Of a stretch of 64,000 nt of DNA, positions 28,863-39,268 are shown in pieces; positions within the stretch are counted from its first letter, which is position 1, and each line of letters starts with the position of its first letter. Made by a program: the position numbers and the translations under genes. A model generated the notes under the pieces. The model did not search any database and was not told where the DNA came from. It worked only from the letters and a program-made list of their open reading frames with translations. Source of the stretch: an uncultured Planctomycetales bacterium. GTDB lineage: Bacteria; Omnitrophota; Gorgyraeia; Zapsychrales; JAHFFX01. The DNA is taken from positions 969-64,968 of the forward strand of contig CAZTCI010000003.1 in the NCBI GenBank assembly GCA_964612665.1. Reading direction: 5' to 3'.

Positions 28863-29635
28863 GCTTGATTTAAATCATTTAGGTCTCTAAAATTTGCGTA
28901 CGCCCGGTGAAGGGCTTCATCGAATCCATTGCCTTCCTGCATTTGACGGCAAAAATTCACAAATCGAAATTCTCCCAATTCGGTAATCATATAATAAACA
29001 ATGCTCGCCGACTCGGCATAAAATAAGTCGATAATTTTTTTGTCGGTGGTTTCGTTTAAAACGGCATGACTCAATTCTTTTAAAGGAATAAATTGATTAT
29101 CCTCCATGGCCTTTTTAACGATTTTATTGACCCCAAACCGCTTGGCCTTTTCTTGATACATTGCAACCCCTTCATCCATCCAAGCTGGAACGCGCGCGCT
29201 GTAACCAATAAATTCCCGGAAAATAATGTGCCCGAGTTCATGCGGCAGGGTTGAATCAAAAAATCCGTATGCCGTCGGAAAAGTTCGAATAATCTTTTCT
29301 TGAGTATAGGCGACACCGTGAGACCAGGAAATATTCTGTTTGTTCACGTAATGTGTTTGGTCATCATAAATATAAATCTTAGCGCGGCGGTCAAAGCTCC
29401 AGCCCACATACCGCGTGTACCCCAAATTATTCGCGATATCCTCGTAATCACGTTCGGCCTCTTTCAAAACTTCCTGAACGAAATCGTAAGGTGCATTTTG
29501 ATAAAAAATCTGAAAGTGGGCGGAACGCAGCTCCTGCCACTTCTCATCTTTCTCGCTGGCGAAGGCAGACAACGTCGGAAAATTCGATGCCAAAGATATA
29601 ACTAAAAATATCAGCCTTATGTTTTGCCTGAACAT
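28835..29635 (-). CDS. secreted HExxH zinc-metallopeptidase-like protein (peptidase MA-like) in the usual murB position
   Basis: Signal peptide and HELGHIIFRE...MDEG. No MurB (FAD-binding) motifs. Confidence 0.5.
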   Translation of the reverse strand: MFRQNIRLIFLVISLASNFPTLSAFASEKDEKWQELRSAHFQIFYQNAPYDFVQEVLKEAERDYEDIANNLGYTRYVGWSFDRRAKIYIYDDQTHYVNKQNISWSHGVAYTQEKIIRTFPTAYGFFDSTLPHELGHIIFREFIGYSARVPAWMDEGVAMYQEKAKRFGVNKIVKKAMEDNQFIPLKELSHAVLNETTDKKIIDLFYAESASIVYYMITELGEFRFVNFCRQMQEGNGFDEALHRAYANFRDLNDLNQAWVNYLSSQ

Positions 29636-30699
29636 GCAAGAATTTCCTGAGCAATACGTTGATCGGCATCTATCTTAAAAATTTTTCGGCTGCGTCGTTC
29701 CATCTCTTCTTGACTCAAACGCTGCGTGATTTGCTCGACGATCTTTTCTTTAAGGATCTTAGCGCTTAAATCTTTTTCTTCAATCATCTGCGCCAATCCG
29801 GCGCGCGTTAAAACCATGGCGTTGTCTTTTTGATGTCCGCCGGCATAAGGATATGGAATCAGAACAGCCGGAATTTTAAATTGCGCAATTTCCATAATAC
29901 TTAATGCGCCAGCGCGGCAGACAACGACGTCTGAGGCCTGATAAGCGCTTCCCATATCTTCTAAAAATTCAACCAGCCGCACGCTGATTCGGTTGGTCTC
30001 GTATTGTTCTTTTAAATACATGTAATCATTCTTACCTGACGCATGAATCACTTGAAAATCGAGATGGCCTTTAAGAAGGTCGGCGGCTTTTATGAATTCT
30101 TGGTTTATCCGTCGACTGCCTTGACTGCCGCCGAAGATCAGAATCGTTAATTTATTTTCATCCAATCCAAAATTTTTTAAAATTTGCGTTCGGGATAAAG
30201 AATTGGACTTCGCGTGACAAGGACAGCCCGTTAAAACACTTTGTCCCGATCTGAAACAAGAAGCACTGGCTTCAAACGTTATGGCAATTTTCTTAACAAA
30301 CTTGGCCAAAAGCTTGTTTGCTTTTCCGGGAACCACATTTTGTTCATGAATCATGACCGGACAACGTGACATCATGGCCGCTGTGACAACCGGAAACGAA
30401 CCATAGCCGCCGAATCCACAAACAACATTGGCTTTAAATTCACGCAAGGTCTTTAACGAATCACCCACCGCTTTTATCATTAAAAAAATTGATTCCAAAA
30501 AAGTCAACGGTGCATTTCGTGAAAATCCTCGGACTGATAAAACGACATAGGCAAAACCGTTTTGTTTTAAAATCCCTTCGGCCTTAGACAAAGCGCCCAC
30601 AATTAAAATGGAATGTCCCTTCTCTTTTAAAAAGTACGCGACTTTAAGCGCCGGGAAAATATGCCCGCCCGTTCCGCCCGTAGCTAAGACAATGTTCAT
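29617..30699 (-). CDS. murG: UDP-GlcNAc:lipid I N-acetylglucosaminyltransferase
   Basis: GT28 N- and C-terminal domains (GGTGGHIFPAL). Confidence 0.9.
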   Translation of the reverse strand: MNIVLATGGTGGHIFPALKVAYFLKEKGHSILIVGALSKAEGILKQNGFAYVVLSVRGFSRNAPLTFLESIFLMIKAVGDSLKTLREFKANVVCGFGGYGSFPVVTAAMMSRCPVMIHEQNVVPGKANKLLAKFVKKIAITFEASASCFRSGQSVLTGCPCHAKSNSLSRTQILKNFGLDENKLTILIFGGSQGSRRINQEFIKAADLLKGHLDFQVIHASGKNDYMYLKEQYETNRISVRLVEFLEDMGSAYQASDVVVCRAGALSIMEIAQFKIPAVLIPYPYAGGHQKDNAMVLTRAGLAQMIEEKDLSAKILKEKIVEQITQRLSQEEMERRSRKIFKIDADQRIAQEILACSGKT

Positions 30700-31946
30700 G
30701 TGTCCTCTCGGCGGGAAATATTAAACAAAAGGCCGATGGCAATCATCGTAAAGATCAGCGCCGAACCGCCGTAACTCACAAACGGCAACGGCAGACCTTT
30801 GGTAGGTAGCGCCCCAATACTGACGCCAATATTAACAACGGCCTGCAGTCCGAGCATCGCAACAATGCCGGTACTTAAAAAATAACCAAACGGATCCGTC
30901 GTGCGCCGCGCTACTCGTGCCCCTTGAACAATCAAAAATATAAAAAGCCCAATGACGGTCAATGTTCCTAATAATCCCAATTCTTCGCCGATAATCGAAA
31001 GAATAAAATCCGTATGCGCCGCCGGCAGATAATAAAGTTTTTGAACGCTTTTTCCCAAACCAACTCCAAATATTCCGCCCGATCCCAATGCAATCTGTGA
31101 TTGAGTCAATTGAAAACCAATTCCCAAACTATCTTCCCATGGATCCAAAAACGCCATGATACGCGCCAACCGGTATGGAAATTTAACAATTAAAATGTAC
31201 AAAAGAGGAACCGCCATCAAAGCGATCAATCCCAGATGCCCCAGCCGCGCTCCGGCGACAAACATCAAGATAAAAACGATAACGGCAATAGAAACGGAAT
31301 TTCCCAAATCCGGCTGCTTCACAATTAAAAGGCACACAACACCCATGACCATCATGAGCGGCAAGAACCCTTCTTTAAAATCTTTGATCTTCCCCTGCTT
31401 TCTCGCGAGAAAATCAGAAACATAAATCAACATAACAATCTTGGCGAATTCCGACGGCTGGAAATTAATTGGACCCAGCATAAACCACCGGCGGGCGCCG
31501 TTACTTTCTTTGCCGATCACCAAAACCAAAACCAACAAAACAACCGCGACCGCGAGCATGGGCTTCGCCCACTTGCGCAGTTCGCGGTAATCGTATTTCA
31601 TTGTTGCTAAAAGCGCCAATAATCCCAAAAACAAAAAAAGCCAGTGGCGCTTTAAAAAATAGGCGCTCTGGCCCATTTGAACCACTTGCCAGGAAATGTA
31701 ACTAAAGAAAAACAACAGCCACACAAACCAACGTACATCTTTGAATTTGAAAAACACATAAAACCCGCCGACTAAAAGAATCCCAGCCAAGCCAAGCAAA
31801 TAATAATTAATCACGTCCATCTTAGAACCGAGCGATTGTAAAGCAAAAACACCGCTGGAAGAATAAATCATAATCAAGCCGATCGAGATCAAGACAATAG
31901 CGATCATGGCGATTGAGGTGCGGAGTTGTTTCATGGTGGTGTTCAT
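30696..31946 (-). CDS. ftsW: peptidoglycan glycosyltransferase / lipid II flippase FtsW
   Basis: SEDS family, 10 TM helices. 4-nt overlap with murG. Confidence 0.85.
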   Translation of the reverse strand: MNTTMKQLRTSIAMIAIVLISIGLIMIYSSSGVFALQSLGSKMDVINYYLLGLAGILLVGGFYVFFKFKDVRWFVWLLFFFSYISWQVVQMGQSAYFLKRHWLFLFLGLLALLATMKYDYRELRKWAKPMLAVAVVLLVLVLVIGKESNGARRWFMLGPINFQPSEFAKIVMLIYVSDFLARKQGKIKDFKEGFLPLMMVMGVVCLLIVKQPDLGNSVSIAVIVFILMFVAGARLGHLGLIALMAVPLLYILIVKFPYRLARIMAFLDPWEDSLGIGFQLTQSQIALGSGGIFGVGLGKSVQKLYYLPAAHTDFILSIIGEELGLLGTLTVIGLFIFLIVQGARVARRTTDPFGYFLSTGIVAMLGLQAVVNIGVSIGALPTKGLPLPFVSYGGSALIFTMIAIGLLFNISRREDT

Positions 31947-31981
31947 ATCTTAAATTTTAGAATTAAGAGTGTTATTAAAAT

Positions 31982-32087
31982 CTTATTAAACGCGAATTTT
32001 CACGAATTACACACGAATCTCGCGAATACTCCTAAGTTGATTCGCGGCCATTCGTGTGTAATTCGCGTTAATTCGCGTTTAATAAGG
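31982..32087. repeat. REP-like palindromic element, 'acacacgaat' family, copy A
   Basis: Nested inverted repeats (ttattaaacgcgaatt...aattcgcgtttaataag; cacgaattacacacgaat / attcgtgtgtaattcg) in the ftsW-murD intergenic region. Confidence 0.7.
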
Positions 32088-32112
32088 TTTTCAAACTCTT
32101 TTCAAATCCTTT

Positions 32113-33372
32113 TTATAATTTATTCACAATTTCCTTAAAGACCCGACCACGTTCTTCAAAATTAGCAAACATATCAAAACTCGTGCACATGGGACTTAAC
32201 ACAACGCTTTCTCCCGTCGATGCGCATTGCTGGGCGGTTTTAATGGCTTCTTCAAGCGTTTGGCATTCTTTGAAAGCAACAACATCGGCAAAGGCCTTTC
32301 TTAATTTCATGCGCGCTTCACCAATCGCAATCATCGTTTTGACTTTGGTGCCGACTAAATCTCGCAAGACCGCAAAGTCGATATTTTTGTCCCGCCCGCC
32401 GCAGATCATCACAATCGGTCTGGAAAAATTTTGTAACGCCCAGCGCGCCGCCTCCGCGGTTGTGGCTTTGGAATCGTTGACGAAGTCAATGCCGTTAATC
32501 GAGCGCACCAATTCCAGACGATGTTCAACGCCTTTAAATTCTGCAAAAACCCGGCGGCAGGTTTCTTCAGAAACACCCAGGAATTGACCGACGGCAAGCG
32601 CCGCGAGATGATTTGGATTAGCAGCCAAATTTTTTGATAGCACTTCAGGAGAATTAAAATAAACAACTTGGGCTTTAAGCTTAGGCGCTAAATTCCGGAT
32701 AAAATCATTTTGGAAATTTAAAACCGCGTAATCGCTTGGCTTTTGATTCATAAAGATCCGCGCTTTGGCGTCGAAATATTCCTGCAGGTCTTTATGACGG
32801 TCCAAATGATTTTGACTGAAGTTAAGCAAAACAGCGATGTGCGGACGGAAAGTTTCGATTGATTCAAGTTGGAAGGAACTGATTTCAAGGACAACAAAAT
32901 CTTTATCATGAAGATTCAAAACATCTTCTGAAAAAGGCGTGCCAACGTTACCGCATAAACAAACTTTTTTACCGGCCTTTTGAAGAATCTGGGTGATTAA
33001 ATTAACAACGGTTGTTTTGCCGTTGCTGCCGGTCACTGCGACGACGGGTTTAGGGCAAAACCGCCAGGCCAGTTCCACTTCACCTAAGACTGGAATTTTT
33101 TTGAGCCTGGCCCATTGCACGGGCGCGGCGTTAATGGGAACGCCGGGACTTAGGACAACGCAATCAGAATCTTCGATAAAACTTTGGGTGTGCCCGTTCC
33201 ATTCTGTCTGAATGTTCGGTGAATTTAATTTTTGTAAGTCATTTTGACTGGCTTCGCGCGGATTACTGTCTGAAATTTTGGGAATGCCTTTTAACTGCGT
33301 GACGAGGTTGGCAACGGCAACACCACTGCGCCGCGCGCCGATAATCGTTACTTTTTTGTTAGCTAAATCCAT
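32113..33372 (-). CDS. murD: UDP-N-acetylmuramoylalanine--D-glutamate ligase
   Basis: Mur ligase with GSNGKTT. Confidence 0.9.
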   Translation of the reverse strand: MDLANKKVTIIGARRSGVAVANLVTQLKGIPKISDSNPREASQNDLQKLNSPNIQTEWNGHTQSFIEDSDCVVLSPGVPINAAPVQWARLKKIPVLGEVELAWRFCPKPVVAVTGSNGKTTVVNLITQILQKAGKKVCLCGNVGTPFSEDVLNLHDKDFVVLEISSFQLESIETFRPHIAVLLNFSQNHLDRHKDLQEYFDAKARIFMNQKPSDYAVLNFQNDFIRNLAPKLKAQVVYFNSPEVLSKNLAANPNHLAALAVGQFLGVSEETCRRVFAEFKGVEHRLELVRSINGIDFVNDSKATTAEAARWALQNFSRPIVMICGGRDKNIDFAVLRDLVGTKVKTMIAIGEARMKLRKAFADVVAFKECQTLEEAIKTAQQCASTGESVVLSPMCTSFDMFANFEERGRVFKEIVNKL

Positions 33373-34457
33373 TATCTTATCTTAAGTGTCGTTAAAGTTA
33401 ACAGGGCAAGAATAATTCCTACAATCCAAAAACGAATGATAATTTTCGACTCACTCCACCCTGACATCTGCAAATGATGATGAAACGGCGACATTTTAAA
33501 AATGCGTTTTCCCGTTGTTTTAAATGAAGCGACTTGCAAGATAACCGATAGTGCTTCCCAAACAAAAACGCCGCCTAAAAGGATTAACAACAATTCTTTC
33601 TTAATTAAAACCGCAATAACACCGAGCGTTCCGCCGAGAGAAAGCGATCCCACGTCTCCCATAAAAACATTCGCCGGATAAGCGTTAAACCACAAAAATC
33701 CCAATGACGCGCCGATTAACGCTGAACAAAAAATCGTTAATTCTCCGGCGGCCGGCACATGCGGAATAAAAAGGTATTCGCTAAAGAAAAGATGTCCCGT
33801 GATGTAACTTAAAACCGCCAAGGCCAGTGTCACAATGAGAGTACAGCCAATCGCCAAGCCATCCAACCCATCGGTCAAATTAACTGCATTGGAAGTTCCA
33901 ACGATGATTAACGCAACAAATGGCACATAATACGCACCGATATCAAGAATAATGTTTTTAAAGAACGGGACATCCAATTGTGTTGAGGTACCAGGATAAA
34001 GGTAAATCAAAGTACCAATTAAAAGTCCCAAAATTATTTCCCAATAAAGTTTGGTACGGGCCTTAAGACCTCTGTGCCCTTTTTTAGTCAACTTAATGTA
34101 ATCATCAACCCCGCCTAAAATAGCCAGGCAAATACAAGTCAACAACGTGACCAGAATAAAAGGATTGGTTAAATCCGCCCATAAAAGGACTGAGAGCACA
34201 ATACTTCCGACGATAAAAAGTCCGCCCATCGTGGGCGTCCCTTGTTTCGAATTGGCAAAACGGTCTAAATCCGGACAATCGTCGCGCTTGGTGATTTCTT
34301 TAATCTTGCGTTCGCGCAGTTTATGAATAAAAATCGGTCCAAAAATAATGCACAACAAAAAAGTCGTGACCGCTGCCATACCGGAACGGAAAGTGATGTA
34401 ACGAAAAATATTGAACCCAAAAAATACATCGCTAAACTGGCTTAAGAAATAAAACAT
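33372..34457 (-). CDS. mraY: phospho-N-acetylmuramoyl-pentapeptide transferase
   Basis: MraY family polytopic membrane protein. Confidence 0.9.
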   Translation of the reverse strand: MFYFLSQFSDVFFGFNIFRYITFRSGMAAVTTFLLCIIFGPIFIHKLRERKIKEITKRDDCPDLDRFANSKQGTPTMGGLFIVGSIVLSVLLWADLTNPFILVTLLTCICLAILGGVDDYIKLTKKGHRGLKARTKLYWEIILGLLIGTLIYLYPGTSTQLDVPFFKNIILDIGAYYVPFVALIIVGTSNAVNLTDGLDGLAIGCTLIVTLALAVLSYITGHLFFSEYLFIPHVPAAGELTIFCSALIGASLGFLWFNAYPANVFMGDVGSLSLGGTLGVIAVLIKKELLLILLGGVFVWEALSVILQVASFKTTGKRIFKMSPFHHHLQMSGWSESKIIIRFWIVGIILALLTLTTLKIR

Positions 34458-34520
34458 GTCTTCCTCGTTTAGAAAATTCTACAATTCATTTCAAATGCTA
34501 TTCGGCGAAAGCGGGTGACG

Positions 34521-34561
34521 CGGGCGCCCCCTCGGCGATGATTTTTACTCAGGGGCGCCCG
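34521..34561 (-). other. GC-rich stem-loop inside the dcw operon (murF-mraY spacer)
   Basis: cgggcgcccc / ggggcgcccg 10-bp stem. No downstream U-tract on the coding strand. Confidence 0.5.
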
Positions 34562-34569
34562 GCGTTATT

Positions 34570-35967
34570 TTAATCCGCCCTCTTCGCAAATTCTTCCCGC
34601 AAAAAATCAACCGCCCGCTCCATCTTCATCCCCCGTGAGCCCTTGACCAAAATCAAATCACCCGCCCGGCAATATTCTTTAAGCCGTTTGGTCACGTCCT
34701 CAATTGACCTGCCGTGATAAGTCACCAAATTTTTCTTAAGTTTTTGCGCTGCTTGGCCCATCAAATTTGAAAAAGCGCCTAGTGTAAAAAGCGCATCGAG
34801 ATCTGACTGGGCTGCGTAACGACCGACCGCCGCATGCAATGCTCTCGCCTGTGTTCCCAATTCAAGCATATCGCCGCAAACCATAATTTTTCGTCCGCTA
34901 ATCTCCAGCCGGCCTAAAGTATTTAAGGCGCTTTTGACTGAAATCGGATTGGCATTATAAGTATCATCAATAATCCAATACTTATTAATCCGGTTAATGA
35001 TCTGGCGTCCTTTGGGGAAATGAAAATCCCGGATCTTATCGCGCATTTCCTTTAATGGAATCTTAAGCAACTTTCCGACGGAAATCGCCGCCAGCGCGCT
35101 GTAAACGCCGTGAAAAACCGGAGCATCCAATTCAAACAATTGACTCTGACGTTCATGATCAAACAATTTAAACATGACGCGCTCGTTATTAAAAATCTGA
35201 ACGTTCTGCGCCTGGTAATCAGTTTTGTTTTCAACACCAAAGGTCACCAGTTGATTATTTTTTAATTGTTTGATAATTTTGGTGAGATAGCGATCATCGC
35301 CGTTCAGAATAACCGCGCCCCCGGGCTGCATATATTTAATGATGTCATATTTTTCTTTGAAAACTCCAGCAGGATTTTTAAGGCCTTGCAGGTGAGATTC
35401 ACCAATATTAGTGATCAAACTTACCGTCGGCGAAACAATTTGAGTTAACCACCGGATATCCCCGAACTGATTCGTCCCTAATTCCAAGACTGCAACGTCA
35501 TGTTTATTATCCAATTTAAAAAGCGTCATCGGCACGCCGATATGATTGTTTTCGGTCCCAATATTTTTTAAAACGTTATACCGGCTGGATAAAACAGCGG
35601 CGATCATTTCTTTCGTCGTCGTTTTACCAGCGCTTCCCGTTAAAGCCACAACCGGAATCGAAAACCGCTGACGATACAAATGCGCCAGCTGCCCCAGCGC
35701 TTTAACAGTGTCAGCAACCCAAATAATCGAAGCTGATGTTTTAACACTAACTTTTTTCTGAGAAACGATACACGCGGATGCGCCTTTTTCGAAAGCCTGT
35801 CCAACGAAATGATGGCCGTCAAAATTTTCACCTTTAATGGCAATGAACAGATTGTTCGACTGAACTGTCCGCGTGTCCGTCGAGACACCAGAAATTTGAT
35901 GGAGGTTTTGGGACCCGTTTATTAAACGGCCCTCGGTGGCGCGCAGGATTTCTTCAAGAGTGAACAT
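34570..35967 (-). CDS. murF: UDP-MurNAc-tripeptide--D-Ala-D-Ala ligase
   Basis: Mur ligase (GSAGKTTT). Confidence 0.9.
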   Translation of the reverse strand: MFTLEEILRATEGRLINGSQNLHQISGVSTDTRTVQSNNLFIAIKGENFDGHHFVGQAFEKGASACIVSQKKVSVKTSASIIWVADTVKALGQLAHLYRQRFSIPVVALTGSAGKTTTKEMIAAVLSSRYNVLKNIGTENNHIGVPMTLFKLDNKHDVAVLELGTNQFGDIRWLTQIVSPTVSLITNIGESHLQGLKNPAGVFKEKYDIIKYMQPGGAVILNGDDRYLTKIIKQLKNNQLVTFGVENKTDYQAQNVQIFNNERVMFKLFDHERQSQLFELDAPVFHGVYSALAAISVGKLLKIPLKEMRDKIRDFHFPKGRQIINRINKYWIIDDTYNANPISVKSALNTLGRLEISGRKIMVCGDMLELGTQARALHAAVGRYAAQSDLDALFTLGAFSNLMGQAAQKLKKNLVTYHGRSIEDVTKRLKEYCRAGDLILVKGSRGMKMERAVDFLREEFAKRAD

Positions 35968-35969
35968 AA

Positions 35970-37445
35970 TTAATGACTTAAAACTTTTGACGCGAAATAA
36001 TTTTTGACGACTTCCCGGTCATCAAAGTGAATGGTTTCGTTTTTAAAAATCTGATAAGCCTCATGCCCTTTGCCGGCAATTAAAACAACCTCATTACGCC
36101 CGGCTAAAGATAACGCTTTATGAATTGCTGTTTCTCGGTCTAAAACAACTTCATAATTTCCTTTAGTAAATCCCTCAACAATTTCATTAACGATTAAGGA
36201 CGGATCTTCATTGCGCGGATTATCCGACGTGACAATCGTCCAATCCGCCAGACGATCAGCGACCGTTCCCATTTTCGGGCGTTTGGTTTTGTCACGGTTG
36301 CCGCCGCAACCAAAGACAACAATAATTTTAGCCCGACTCACTTTTTTTAAACTCTGCAAAACATTTTCTAAAGCATCGTGCGTGTGTGCGTAATCGACAA
36401 AAACGGAGAAGTCCTGACCGCACGTCACTTGTTCCAAACGACCGGGAACTGCTTTTAACAACTCAACTCCCTTTTTTATCGTCGATAAACTAATGTCTTG
36501 AGTTAAACAGCTAGCCGCAGCCGCCAGGATATTATAAATATTGTGTTGGCCGATTAGAGTTGTTTCTATTTTTCTTTTTCCCGCAGGTGCATTCAGAACA
36601 AAAGAAGTTCGGTGCAATTGAAGATTGATATCGGTTGCGTAAACATCGGCTTTTGAGGTCAAACCATAGCTCACGACCTTCGCCTTCGTCATTGTGGTCA
36701 GCCGTCGGCCGTAAGCGTCATCAACATTAATCACGGCAAAAGCGTTTTGATGAAGTCCTTTAAAAAGAATCGACTTCGCCAAAAAATAATTGTCCATGGT
36801 TTTATGATAATCAAGATGATCGCCTGTCAGATTAGTAAAAATCCCCGTCGTAAAATCAATTAAATCCACGCGTCCCTGTTCCAGCCCGTGAGACGAAACT
36901 TCCATAACACAGTACGGAATCTTTTCTTGCGCGAGCATCGATAGATAAATTTGATTTTCAACAATCCCCGGCGTTGTATTCTTTGAATCGAGAATTCTGT
37001 TGCCGATACGGTGGTTAATTGTGCCGATCACACCGGATGATTTTCCATCCGCCCTTAAAATATTTTCCAAAAGATAAGTAATCGTTGTCTTGCCGTTGGT
37101 GCCCGTGACACCCATGACTTTAACCTGCGCCGTTAAATCGCCATAAAAACGTTTAAGAATTTTTTTAAGAAAACTTTGCGGGTCTTTCACTTTGAGAAGA
37201 AATACTTGAGAAGACAAATCAGAGGAATCATTAAAATCGTCCGCCGCAACGATGACCGCGGCCCCGCGGCCAATCGCATCAGCGGCGAATTTGTCACCGT
37301 TTTGATCATGACCTTTTAAAGCCACAAAAATATTCTGCGGTTTAACGGTCCGCGAATCGCAGGAAATGCCGGTGATATCAGCCTTCGCCCATTTAAGGGG
37401 AATCGCCGTCGGAGCAACATCTTTTAAAAGGTCTTTAAGCTGCAT
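35970..37445 (-). CDS. murE: UDP-MurNAc-L-Ala-D-Glu--2,6-diaminopimelate ligase
   Basis: Mur ligase (GTNGKTT), 491 aa. Confidence 0.9.
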   Translation of the reverse strand: MQLKDLLKDVAPTAIPLKWAKADITGISCDSRTVKPQNIFVALKGHDQNGDKFAADAIGRGAAVIVAADDFNDSSDLSSQVFLLKVKDPQSFLKKILKRFYGDLTAQVKVMGVTGTNGKTTITYLLENILRADGKSSGVIGTINHRIGNRILDSKNTTPGIVENQIYLSMLAQEKIPYCVMEVSSHGLEQGRVDLIDFTTGIFTNLTGDHLDYHKTMDNYFLAKSILFKGLHQNAFAVINVDDAYGRRLTTMTKAKVVSYGLTSKADVYATDINLQLHRTSFVLNAPAGKRKIETTLIGQHNIYNILAAAASCLTQDISLSTIKKGVELLKAVPGRLEQVTCGQDFSVFVDYAHTHDALENVLQSLKKVSRAKIIVVFGCGGNRDKTKRPKMGTVADRLADWTIVTSDNPRNEDPSLIVNEIVEGFTKGNYEVVLDRETAIHKALSLAGRNEVVLIAGKGHEAYQIFKNETIHFDDREVVKNYFASKVLSH

Positions 37446-37447
37446 TT

Positions 37448-39121
37448 TTATTTAGCGGCAAAATATTTTAATGAATTTTCCATGACTTCCTGAAATATAG
37501 GCGCCGCGACTGTCCCGCCGTAATAATCAGGATGCGGTTCATCATAAGTAACGATAATCGCGAGCTTCGGATCATCGGCCGGAGCGAAGCCATAAAAAGT
37601 CGCGACGAATTTGTTATGAGAATAGGTGCCGTTAGTGACTTTTTGCGCTGTTCCAGTTTTGCCGGCGACTTTGATTCCTTCAATCTTCGCTCGTTTGCCG
37701 GTTCCGTTTTCAACGACACCAATTAAAACATCCGTGACGCGTTTAGCAATGTCCGGCGGGATCACGGTGCTTAAAGCTTTCGGTTCAAAATCTTTAATCA
37801 CCTGGTCCTGATCGTCACGGATGGATTTTACCACAAAAGGCTGCATATAAACGCCGCCGTTTGCAATCGACGACATGGCCCCAATAAGCTGCATGGCGGT
37901 CACGGTGACTTCCTGTCCCATGGGAACAGCGCCGATTGAAGTCTTGGACCATTGCGAAGGCGGCTTAATATTGCCAGGTGCTTCGCCAGGCATATGAATT
38001 CCCGTCGGAATACCAAAACGATAACGTTTAATATATTCATAAATCTTTTGCGGCCCCAAAAGCTGGGCAATTTTGCAAACACCGATGTTGCTCGATTCTT
38101 CAAAAACACCTTTAAACGTTAACATGCCGTGCGGTGTATGATCGCGCAAGATATGGTTACCGACTTTATATTTTCCGTTCTCGCAAAAAAACTTATCGTC
38201 TTCTTTGGCGACATTTTCTTCCAAAGCCGCCGAGGCAGTCACAATTTTAAAAACCGATCCAGGCTCGTACGTGTAAACAATCGCACGATTGACGCGTTGT
38301 TCCGGAAGACTGCCGGCCGGATGGCTCAGATCATATGTCGGCCGGTTTGCATACGCTAAAATTTCGCCGGTGTGCGGATCCATGACAATAACGCTTGCCC
38401 CGACGGAATTATTCTTTTCAAAACCTCTTTGCAACGCCCGCTCGGCAATATATTGAATCGTTTCATCGATCGTTAAAACAACATTAAACCCATCACGCGG
38501 CGGCACAAATTTCTTTTCAATTAAAAGCTCGCGTTGTTTCGCATCACGAAGAATTTGAGACCAACCATATTCGCCTTTTAAATATTTGTCAAAAACCAAT
38601 TCAAGTCCGTCTAAGCCGCTATTATCAATCCCCGCAAACCCGATTAAATGCGCCGCTAAAAACTTATTGGGATAATACCGTTTGCTTTCCTTGATAAAAT
38701 CCAGTCCATTGATTTTGAGCGCTTTGATTTTATCAACAATATCCGTCGGAAGCTTGCGCGCGAGCCAGACGAAATATTTCGGCCGGCTCAATTTTTCCTG
38801 GATAACATCCGGGCTGACATTTAATAATTCCGGCAAATATTTTACCGCCGCTTCCTTGCTGCGCTCGGTCATCGCTTTGGATTTAGCATATAGAGAATAG
38901 ACCGCAACGTTTACGGCCAAAGGATGCATATTCCGATCATAGATGGTACCGCGCTTGGGTTCAAGTGCGATATAAAAATTATGTTGTTTCTGGGCAATGT
39001 TATTGAGGTAGGAAGAACGGAAGACTTGAATCAAAATGAGCCGGACCGCAAAAATGCCCAGGCAGATGATTAAGAAAATGAAAACCGTATTGAATCGGGA
39101 GGTGTTTTTGTGGATTTGCAA
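37448..39121 (-). CDS. ftsI: peptidoglycan D,D-transpeptidase (PBP3-like)
   Basis: Transpeptidase motifs STFK, SSN, KTG. Confidence 0.9.
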   Translation of the reverse strand: MQIHKNTSRFNTVFIFLIICLGIFAVRLILIQVFRSSYLNNIAQKQHNFYIALEPKRGTIYDRNMHPLAVNVAVYSLYAKSKAMTERSKEAAVKYLPELLNVSPDVIQEKLSRPKYFVWLARKLPTDIVDKIKALKINGLDFIKESKRYYPNKFLAAHLIGFAGIDNSGLDGLELVFDKYLKGEYGWSQILRDAKQRELLIEKKFVPPRDGFNVVLTIDETIQYIAERALQRGFEKNNSVGASVIVMDPHTGEILAYANRPTYDLSHPAGSLPEQRVNRAIVYTYEPGSVFKIVTASAALEENVAKEDDKFFCENGKYKVGNHILRDHTPHGMLTFKGVFEESSNIGVCKIAQLLGPQKIYEYIKRYRFGIPTGIHMPGEAPGNIKPPSQWSKTSIGAVPMGQEVTVTAMQLIGAMSSIANGGVYMQPFVVKSIRDDQDQVIKDFEPKALSTVIPPDIAKRVTDVLIGVVENGTGKRAKIEGIKVAGKTGTAQKVTNGTYSHNKFVATFYGFAPADDPKLAIIVTYDEPHPDYYGGTVAAPIFQEVMENSLKYFAAK

Positions 39122-39268
39122 TTTTCGATTCTTCTTTGCTGTAAATTCAAGCGAAGTTCAGTCAAAAACCCAGAGGAATATTTGCTGAAAAAGACAACCC
39201 CAAAATAAATTTAAGCTTTATTAAGGATTCAAAAGAATTAGAAATTCAATAAAACTTATCTATTAAAA

